Of a stretch of 16,325 nucleotides of DNA, positions 10,488 through 16,325 are shown piece by piece (position 1 is the first letter of the stretch; every line of letters begins with the position of its first letter). Source of the stretch: Candidatus Zixiibacteriota bacterium. Lineage in GTDB: Bacteria > Zixibacteria > MSB-5A5 > WJJR01. The translations under genes were made by a program, and so were the position numbers. A model generated the notes under the pieces. The model searched no databases, was not told where the DNA came from, and was given only the letters and a program-made list of their open reading frames with translations. The DNA is taken from the NCBI GenBank assembly GCA_036170655.1, contig JAVHPP010000047.1, positions 1 to 16,325 on the forward strand, read 5' to 3'.

Positions 10488-10633
10488 TTCACTTCCCCCC
10501 GACTGCGCTACACCCACGGTTAAAAAACCGTAAACAGACAGTCTGCAAACCGAATTGTCCGTGAATCTGGCCCGCATGCCCGGATCGCGCAAGACAAAAA
10601 TTGAATGCAACCCGTGGGACCGCCCTTTTTCTC

Positions 10634-11785
10634 TCAGACCAGCAGATCGAGGAAGACAGAGTACCGTCCGCCGCAGACATCGCCGGTTTCGGCGGCATCG
10701 TCGCCGGTGAGGTCAATCTCGATCAACCGGGGCTGGCCATCGCCGACAATCATTTCTTTAGCGGTACGCAGGACCACGCCCTCGCCACAGCCACCGCCAA
10801 TGGTTCCCAGAGTACGTCCATCGGCAAGAATAGCCATCTGGGCACCTACGCCCCTCGGGGTCGAACCGCGGCGGCTGACGATTGTCGCCAGGACGACGGG
10901 GCACCCGGCGCGGAGGGCCTCCTGCCACAACTCGGATCTGCCCGACGAATCAGCCAGAGAGATCGGGCCGCGACCCAACGCCGCCCGTGGCGCTCCAATG
11001 AGGTCTGAGGGAGGACATCGCCTCACGGCCACCATTTCGGCGGCAATCGACACGGCGATTTCCATGGGGGAATCGGCGCCAATCGGAAGACCGATCGGGG
11101 CATGGATGGCATCGAGGAACGACCGCGGGAGCCCCTCCGCCAGCAGCCGTTGCCGGACCGACTCGACCCTGCGTTTCGATCCGATCATGCCGACATAGCG
11201 GGGGTGTCCGTTCCGCAGTTCCCGCAGAATGCGCTCATCATGCTGATGCCCGCGCGTGACCAGAATCGCCCACGCTTCCGACCGTGCGGCACAGGCCTGA
11301 GCCGAGAGAGCGAAATCTGCGGCACGCAGCTCGTACGCATCGGGGAAACGTTCCTTCGAAACAAAGTCATCCCGGTCGTCACAGGCGATCACTCGCCACC
11401 CCAGCCGTGCCAAGACCGGGCATAGGGAAAACCCGATATGTCCCGCGCCGAAAATCCAGGCCTCGGGAACCGCGCCACACCAGAGCAGAAACACCTGCGT
11501 CGCACCGTGGGGACTGCCGCTGCCCATCTGCGATGAGTCCAGTGTCAACAGGAGCGCACCGCGTTGGTCTCTCACGAGAGAGTTGGCGGATGACCATTTC
11601 TCCAGTGCGTTTGAAGAAAGACCTCGCGCCAGTACCGGGTGATTCGGATCGGCGAATTCATGATGCCCGATCAAGGGATGGCTGTCGGGCCCCACGACGG
11701 TCGCCAGCACGAATTCCTGTCCGGCCTGGAGTCGTGCCAGAGCCTCATTAAGCCAGAAAGTATGAGACATGGCCGCGTCGTCCAT
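10634..11785 (-). CDS. xdhC: XdhC/CoxI family molybdenum-cofactor insertion chaperone
   Basis: IFGAGHIG, LVTRGHQHD, YVGMIGSKRR and HAPIGLPIGADSPMEIAVSIAAE (XdhC Rossmann domain). C-terminal VLATIVSRRGSTPRGVGAQM...GTIGGGCGE...VCGG is the CoxI domain. Confidence 0.92.
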   Translation of the reverse strand: MDDAAMSHTFWLNEALARLQAGQEFVLATVVGPDSHPLIGHHEFADPNHPVLARGLSSNALEKWSSANSLVRDQRGALLLTLDSSQMGSGSPHGATQVFLLWCGAVPEAWIFGAGHIGFSLCPVLARLGWRVIACDDRDDFVSKERFPDAYELRAADFALSAQACAARSEAWAILVTRGHQHDERILRELRNGHPRYVGMIGSKRRVESVRQRLLAEGLPRSFLDAIHAPIGLPIGADSPMEIAVSIAAEMVAVRRCPPSDLIGAPRAALGRGPISLADSSGRSELWQEALRAGCPVVLATIVSRRGSTPRGVGAQMAILADGRTLGTIGGGCGEGVVLRTAKEMIVGDGQPRLIEIDLTGDDAAETGDVCGGRYSVFLDLLV

Positions 11786-12051
11786 AACTGATACACATTG
11801 GAACGGTGCTATGCGAAGGATCGGTGTGTCGATCCCCCCCGGCGCCCGATCGCCAATCAGATACGGCCTGTAGAGTCAGGGTTGTGGAGTATTGAGTGGG
11901 GGAGAATCTGACGGCGCCGGATTTTATCGCGTCACGGGTACCGTCGCGGGGATTTCGCTCTCAGCGACCCAGACAGGTTCCGTGAATACGCGCTGATGAA
12001 CGAGGTTTTCGATACGACGCAGCTCCATTTCGCGCCGCCCGCCGAGGCTGG

Positions 12052-12321
12052 CTAAGAACCGAAGTGCCAGAACGAGCGGAACACCTCATCGCGGGAAGAA
12101 ATCGGGACCGAAAACCCAGCCGGCGCCGTGGAAGCCGCAACGGTGTTGTCGTGACCGGTCGTTGCCTCCGGCTCACGGGAATGGGCACGGTGGTGCTTTC
12201 GGGGCGCTCGGTTCGCGGTGCGATGTCCGGCATCATTCCCCTTGGTCTCGAAGGACTCGACGGTCAGTTGGTCTCCCGAATCGTCCGGGGGAAAGCCCGG
12301 TGTACGATCTTCCTCAGTCAT
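12052..12321 (-). CDS. Hypothetical 89-aa low-complexity/disordered protein with aromatic C-terminus
   Basis: ATG at 12321 preceded by GGAG; sequence MTEEDRTPG...SRDEVFRSFWHFGS; same strand as its neighbours. Confidence 0.55.
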   Translation of the reverse strand: MTEEDRTPGFPPDDSGDQLTVESFETKGNDAGHRTANRAPRKHHRAHSREPEATTGHDNTVAASTAPAGFSVPISSRDEVFRSFWHFGS

Positions 12322-12368
12322 GGCCACACTCCGTTCACTGGGATTGGCGGCGAGAATCACTCAATGAC

Positions 12369-12399
12369 CGGGGAGGGACCCCAACGTGATCCCTCCCCG
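12369..12399 (-). terminator. GC-rich stem-loop downstream of the small paralogue pair (terminator or mRNA stabiliser)
   Basis: Perfect 10-bp inverted repeat CGGGGAGGGA / TCCCTCCCCG, extendable by CAATG/CATTG. No clear U-tract. Confidence 0.5.
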
Positions 12400-12418
12400 T
12401 GTTGACATTGCGATCAGG

Positions 12419-12634
12419 TCAGCCGTTGAACTTCGGCGTATTGCTCTCGTCAGTGTCCAGGGTGCCCTGCAGCACGATGCGGTACTCACCCGTTGCCGGG
12501 TTGACCGATTCGACTTTGCAGCGGCAGGCCGCGGAATTGAAGAGGACTTCGGACAGCTTCCACTGAAGACGGGAAGGCGACGTCGGGCTCTTCTCGACGG
12601 TCTGAATGTCTTTGATCGTCCAGTTGATGGACAT
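12419..12634 (-). CDS. Hypothetical 71-aa protein, paralogue B (MSINWT...GEYRIVLQGTLD)
   Basis: Strong RBS AGAGGAGGAG before the ATG at 12634; about 36 of 71 residues identical to 12700-12915 by manual alignment. Confidence 0.88.
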   Translation of the reverse strand: MSINWTIKDIQTVEKSPTSPSRLQWKLSEVLFNSAACRCKVESVNPATGEYRIVLQGTLDTDESNTPKFNG

Positions 12635-12699
12635 GTTTGTTTCTCCTCCTCTGGTGGTCATTGATCCGGACGGATCAGATTCCAAGCCAGGGTCGATGG

Positions 12700-12915
12700 T
12701 TAGAAGTTCGTGCCGTGCCCGTAGTTCGGGGCATCCATATCCAGCGTGCCCTGCAACACGATGCGATACTCACCGGTCTCCGGATTGCAGGTCTCAACCT
12801 TCGCGCGGGTGTTCACCGAGGAGAACACCAGACCACTGATGCTCACCTGCAGTGCCTTCGGCGATGTCGGACACTTTTCCAACATACGGAAGTCGTTGTA
12901 CGTGAACTTGCTCAT
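12700..12915 (-). CDS. Hypothetical 71-aa protein, paralogue A (MSKFTY...GEYRIVLQGTLD)
   Basis: Strong RBS AGGAGGAGGT, ATGA overlap with the upstream gene, and paralogy with 12419-12634. Confidence 0.88.
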   Translation of the reverse strand: MSKFTYNDFRMLEKCPTSPKALQVSISGLVFSSVNTRAKVETCNPETGEYRIVLQGTLDMDAPNYGHGTNF

Positions 12916-13160
12916 GATTTCACCTCCTCCTGTTCGTTGATGTGTGGAAATTCGAAAGATGGTTCTTTGAGAGAATTCTTGATCAGCCGGTCATGCCGGT
13001 TCCGGCAGTTCATGATAACGCGGTAGTCTGCGCCCGACAGGTCGTACTGGATGTCTTCGGCTGAGACCGGAGCAGTGGCATCGTCCGGCCGTCTGGAGTC
13101 ATGCCCATTCTCCGCGTCACGGATGCGGACACGCAGTAGCGGCTTAACGACCGTATTCAT
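12912..13160 (-). CDS. Hypothetical 82-aa protein
   Basis: Overlaps both neighbours (17 nt with the peptidase gene, 4 nt with paralogue A). Contains YDLSGADYRVIM, resembling NPETGEYRIVL. Confidence 0.7.
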   Translation of the reverse strand: MNTVVKPLLRVRIRDAENGHDSRRPDDATAPVSAEDIQYDLSGADYRVIMNCRNRHDRLIKNSLKEPSFEFPHINEQEEVKS

Positions 13161-13812
13161 GCCTCATGTCCCCTTCCTGTTCGGCCAGTCCGAATAGCGC
13201 CAGTTCGAGCAGCGCCCAGTGCGCGATTGTCAGACATCGATTCATGCGGATGGCCAGTTGTCGCGGTTCCCGCGCCAGTGCCGGATCTTCGAGAAGAAGC
13301 TGCGCGGCGGCGGGCAGATCCCGGTAACGCGATGATAGCCGGGTTTTCTTGAACAGGGACGACACCAGGAAGGCGGCGAAATGTGCGGAGAACGCGCCCA
13401 CACGCGGGTCGGCGCACTCCACAAAAAGATCGAAACGATTCTCCGGAGACCGATGGCCGCAGGTGATCCCCGAGCACAGGCGCATGCCCGAGATGGCGCA
13501 CTGAAGATCCACGATGACATGTTCGACCAGATGCGCGATATCGGCCACTTCTCCGACCGACTTGATCGACACGCCGGCTTCCTCGTGGAGAAAGAGCGGT
13601 GTGTTCTCCCATTCTTCGCAACAGGAGTGACGGCTCAACGTCGGAAAGAGCAGGGCCAGCGCATGATAGATCGTGAGAAAGCCGTTGCCGCTGGAGGGAT
13701 CGTACCCCTCCACGTCGAGTGTCACGATCAAATGCTTGGCATCGGCACGAAACCGATGGTTGAGCATCCGTATCTTGGGAACCCGCGCATACTGAATGCG
13801 TCTGATGTCCAT
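13144..13812 (-). CDS. Stand-alone cyanophycin synthetase N-domain-like protein (HxxEH metallopeptidase motif) with wHTH-like C-terminus
   Basis: MDIRRIQYARVPKI..HLIVTLDVE, LFPTLSRHSCC and IAHLVEHVIVDLQ..SGM..SGIT parallel the CphA N-terminal pattern (MKIL..LRGPN..LIVMRLDLE, LPSL.EH.C, GH..EHVALELQ..AGM..GRT). No ATP-grasp or Mur ligase domains follow. Confidence 0.75.
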   Translation of the reverse strand: MDIRRIQYARVPKIRMLNHRFRADAKHLIVTLDVEGYDPSSGNGFLTIYHALALLFPTLSRHSCCEEWENTPLFLHEEAGVSIKSVGEVADIAHLVEHVIVDLQCAISGMRLCSGITCGHRSPENRFDLFVECADPRVGAFSAHFAAFLVSSLFKKTRLSSRYRDLPAAAQLLLEDPALAREPRQLAIRMNRCLTIAHWALLELALFGLAEQEGDMRHEYGR

Positions 13813-13884
13813 GTCGATGTATCAGCCGTTCCATTCTGAAGAGATCCACTGTGCGTTGAGGCAACTTCCCCCAACACATTAGGT

Positions 13885-13912
13885 CTATCGGCCTGTGGGG
13901 GGAATCACTTGA
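13885..13912 (-). promoter_or_regulatory. Putative sigma28 (FliA/SigD/WhiG)-type promoter
   Basis: Minus strand reads TCAA-N16-GCCGATAG, about 70 nt upstream of the ATG at 13812. Confidence 0.55.
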
Positions 13913-14016
13913 GAAATGCGGGAGAAAAAACCGGGAAAATCGAGCTCAGGGCAGGATATTTTGCCCCGAGGAGCGACCACGGGGTCCGATTCCGGATCAG
14001 GTCACCAGAACAGGAA

Positions 14017-14511
14017 TTACTTCAGAAGAATGAGTTTCTTGGTTTCGGTGTAGGTTCCGGCAATCATCTGGTAAAGATAAATGCCGGAGGGAAGCGATTT
14101 CCCATTGTGATCCGTCGCGTTCCACACAACCTCGTGGTGTCCAACAACCGCGTTCTGGCCCGCTGGCTGATGTTCGGAAACCAATGTCGCGACCTCCTGC
14201 CCCAGGATGTTGTAGATTTTTATCGAGACATCGGCGCCGGCGATGGAAGTATACGAAATGACGGTTGAGGAATTGAAAGGGTTCGGATAGTTCTGTTCCA
14301 AATGGAAACGCTTCGGCACCAGAACGGCGGGCAAGACCTGGACTGTGACCCCGACGTTGCCCGCCGGAGACGGGCCATCCAACGGCATCTTCGACTTTCT
14401 TGTCAAGATCGGTCCGGCAGAGGCCACGAGGAAATGCAGCGCCCCGGCAAGAACGACTATTGCCACCCCGCAGGAGATCGTTCGCAAGTATCGCAGGGGC
14501 TTTTCTTTCAC
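14017..14511 (-). CDS. Small exported protein consisting almost solely of a T9SS-type-A-like/FlgD-Ig C-terminal sorting domain
   Basis: N-terminal hydrophobic segment, short linker, then FHLEQNYPNPFNSSTVISY..IKIYNILGQEVATLV..VVWNATDHNGKSLPSGIYLYQM..TKKLILLK. GTGA overlap with the upstream gene. Confidence 0.85.
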   Translation of the reverse strand: MKEKPLRYLRTISCGVAIVVLAGALHFLVASAGPILTRKSKMPLDGPSPAGNVGVTVQVLPAVLVPKRFHLEQNYPNPFNSSTVISYTSIAGADVSIKIYNILGQEVATLVSEHQPAGQNAVVGHHEVVWNATDHNGKSLPSGIYLYQMIAGTYTETKKLILLK

Positions 14512-15425
14512 TCGATGTGCGCGTAAATACGCGAGTAGATCTGCGTTTTCACCGGCAGGTCTACGACTTCAGCCGCAACCACGCACATGTACTTCTTGCC
14601 TGCCGACGACCCGGCCTTCGAGAAGAACACTGTTCCGGTGACTGTTGCTTCCTCACCAGGCTTGAGCGTGAGATGTGCCGGTGAGAGACTCACAGAGGCC
14701 GCATCCAGAAGATCAGCATAGCCTGGCGTCAGTTCGGTGGCCGACTGCTGCGGATTGAGCGTGCGCAATTCCACCGAAAGCGGCCGGTTCGATGTATTTC
14801 GCACAACGAGAGGCTCCCGGAGAAGATCCTCCAAGCGGTACTCACGGCCCGGTACAATCCCATCCAGCGTCATCGCCGCCGGGGATAGGGACAGCGAGAG
14901 GTTCCCTGAGGGAACCACACTGGTCGTATCACGCACTTTATCGATGCTGAAAATGACCCTGGTGTTTATGCCGTACGCCAGCAGATCACCCGCCTGTGCC
15001 ATGGTGTGCGACCAGAACGTCACCTGAAACTTCCTGCCGAACAGCGCTTCGTCGTCAGGAATGCTCAAGAACATTTCGACGAACTTGGTTTCGCGCGGAC
15101 CCAAATCGAAGGAATCGGGCGCCGCCGTGGCCCAGCGCGCATTGGGAATGGGCCGGGCCTCCATGCGAAGTTCGCCCGAATCGGGGACGAGTGCGTCCAC
15201 AAGCATGTGAACCGGCTGGTCACTTGTATTGGTCAGCGCCAGTGGAAGATTGGCCAGCGCTTTAAGAGAATAGGTCTGGCCAATCTTCAGGTTGTTAATG
15301 ACAACTTCACCAACCGAGCAGCGTAAGCCGCCAGCCCAAGTGTTGAGCGGCAGACTGATTATACCCAGAACGAGTAGCGGTGCGCATCTCACGCCCCGGA
15401 GTCGGCTTTTCCATGCGGACCCCAT
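14508..15425 (-). CDS. Secreted two-domain Ig-like protein, pilus-chaperone-like
   Basis: Signal peptide ending TWA. Two internally repeated beta domains (IGQTYSL..LPLALTNTSDQPV..PDSFDLGPRET / PGREYRL..EPLVVRNTSNRPL..PAHLTLKPGEE) carry the PapD-like 'LxNT...P..F.L.PGE' pattern. Confidence 0.75.
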   Translation of the reverse strand: MGSAWKSRLRGVRCAPLLVLGIISLPLNTWAGGLRCSVGEVVINNLKIGQTYSLKALANLPLALTNTSDQPVHMLVDALVPDSGELRMEARPIPNARWATAAPDSFDLGPRETKFVEMFLSIPDDEALFGRKFQVTFWSHTMAQAGDLLAYGINTRVIFSIDKVRDTTSVVPSGNLSLSLSPAAMTLDGIVPGREYRLEDLLREPLVVRNTSNRPLSVELRTLNPQQSATELTPGYADLLDAASVSLSPAHLTLKPGEEATVTGTVFFSKAGSSAGKKYMCVVAAEVVDLPVKTQIYSRIYAHIE

Positions 15426-15463
15426 TGATTCTCCCTTCGTGTTTCGCGTCCTATCGATTTACG

Positions 15464-15494
15464 AGTCCCCACTTTCATCCCTGATGTGGGGACT
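15464..15494 (-). terminator. Intercistronic stem-loop after the pilin-like gene
   Basis: AGTCCCCAC-N13-GTGGGGACT, a perfect 9-bp inverted repeat between the pilin-like and chaperone-like genes. Confidence 0.45.
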
Positions 15495-15538
15495 TAACAT
15501 CCATAAGCTCAGCCCGAGCGCTGGTACCCGCGCTGGTC

Positions 15539-16078
15539 TTAGCCCGCCGCCGCGGTGAGAGTCACCGTAATCGTTTGCACTGACGTCACGGCAGTCGAAG
15601 TCGGCGCATTGAAACGGAACCAGAGTGTATTTGCCGCTGCGGCCGCTACGGACAGTCCCGACTGGTTCCCGGCGAACATCGTCGCGCTGCTGGCGGTCGA
15701 GGTCGTCGACAACGCGTGGTTGGCATACGTGAAACTCACTGCCGTGGGCGCGATTGTGTTGAACTGAGCCAGAAGCGCGTAGTGTTCGGCAAGCGTCGGC
15801 GCCGCCTGGTCCGCCACCCACGTGCCCGGGTTAGTCAACGACAGTGAGTAGGTCTCCGTTACGTTTCCGTCGTTGGTTACTGTCGAACCGGAACCCGACA
15901 CGGTTTCACTGCTCGCAACGACCGTTCCGAAGGCGATCGGTCCGGTAGCCGACACACTCAGGTTCTGGATGGTCACTGTCACTGAGATTGTGGCCGGATT
16001 GATGCCCCAAGCTACGCCACCGGTGCTCACCAGCGCAACCGCTGCCAGCAACACCAGAGCCTTGATTGCTTTCTGCAT
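15539..16078 (-). CDS. Secreted Thr/Ala/Ser-rich beta protein, pilin/fimbrial-subunit-like
   Basis: Strong RBS AGGAGGAGGA and a signal peptide. The mature N-terminus ATISVTVTI is an alternating strand, followed by IAFGTV, VTNDGNV, LWFRFNAPTST and a terminal strand QTITVTLTA. Confidence 0.85.
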   Translation of the reverse strand: MQKAIKALVLLAAVALVSTGGVAWGINPATISVTVTIQNLSVSATGPIAFGTVVASSETVSGSGSTVTNDGNVTETYSLSLTNPGTWVADQAAPTLAEHYALLAQFNTIAPTAVSFTYANHALSTTSTASSATMFAGNQSGLSVAAAAANTLWFRFNAPTSTAVTSVQTITVTLTAAAG

Positions 16079-16184
16079 TGTTCCTCCTCCTGTTAGGCGC
16101 TTCCACGGCTATCCCCCTCTTGTGGATAACGGGGAAGTTCGCTTCCGGAAATCGCTTCTGTCGATCTCCCGGTAGTCGTCAAGT

Positions 16185-16211
16185 GTATCGGCATTCTTCT
16201 GCCATCCTTTA
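16185..16211 (-). promoter_or_regulatory. Sigma28 (FliA/SigD/WhiG)-type promoter
   Basis: Minus strand reads TAAA-N15-GCCGATAC, one mismatch from the TAAA-N15-GCCGATAA consensus, about 105 nt upstream of the pilin-like ATG. Confidence 0.7.
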
Positions 16212-16325
16212 CTGAGCTGTCACGGTCAGGGTGGAGGCGTGCTGATTGGGAGAACTGGTTGAAGTGGGAGTCTGTATCTGGAGATAGAGCTTGACCGAAC
16301 CGGAGGAAGCCAGCCCGGTCGTGAT
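16209..16325 (-). CDS. C-terminal end of a second pilin-like paralogue (5' part outside the window)
   Basis: Manual translation ITTGLASSGSVKLYLQIQTPTSTSSPNQHASTLTVTAQ* aligns with LSVAAAAANTLWFRFNAPTSTAVTSVQTITVTLTAAAG. Not in the ORF track. Confidence 0.8.
   Translation of the reverse strand: MTTGLASSGSVKLYLQIQTPTSTSSPNQHASTLTVTAQ

Noticed and set aside
12369..12421. TGA of paralogue B followed by a hairpin as a possible selenocysteine/SECIS signal, given the nearby yqeB
   Set aside because: Paralogue A ends at the equivalent position with TAA, and the read-through peptide is short and featureless.
12419..12915. 71-aa proteins as gas vesicle GvpA or microcompartment shell proteins
   Set aside because: Size is similar but there are no GvpA (LDRILDKG) or BMC motifs.
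13157..13879. 240-aa alternative-frame ORF overlapping the peptidase gene
   Set aside because: Arg/Ser/Gly-rich with no motifs, whereas the 13144-13812 frame aligns with the CphA N domain from its first residue.
16121..16129. Perfect DnaA box (TTATCCACA on the minus strand)
   Set aside because: It is a single isolated box with no cluster or AT-rich unwinding element, so it is compatible with chance.

Overview
GC-rich bacterial chromosomal window, probably from a diderm of the FCB/Zixibacteria type (inferred from a 'LEQNYPNPFN' C-terminal sorting domain and Skp). From left to right: (1) a secreted TPR protein on the minus strand, truncated by the window edge and missing from the ORF track. 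(2) A divergent nucleotide-sugar operon: gmd, skp/ompH, an rmd-like reductase and a UDP-HexNAc 6-dehydrogenase. (3) An accessory stretch with two minus-strand lipoprotein genes (a large HExxH metallopeptidase-like protein and a small orphan), separated and bracketed by REP/REPIN-like palindromic elements. (4) A selenium-dependent molybdenum hydroxylase maturation set (xdhC, mocA-like, yqeB). (5) An uncharacterised operon behind a sigma28-like promoter: a stand-alone cyanophycin-synthetase-N-domain-like HxxEH metallopeptidase with a wHTH-like tail, two paralogous 71-aa proteins, a possible third divergent relative and a disordered peptide. (6) A putative pilus/surface-fibre locus with two paralogous pilin-like proteins, a two-domain chaperone-like protein and a protein that is little more than a sorting domain, with a near-consensus sigma28 promoter. 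Blocks 5 and 6 and the repeat-bracketed gene are the best candidates for undescribed biology.
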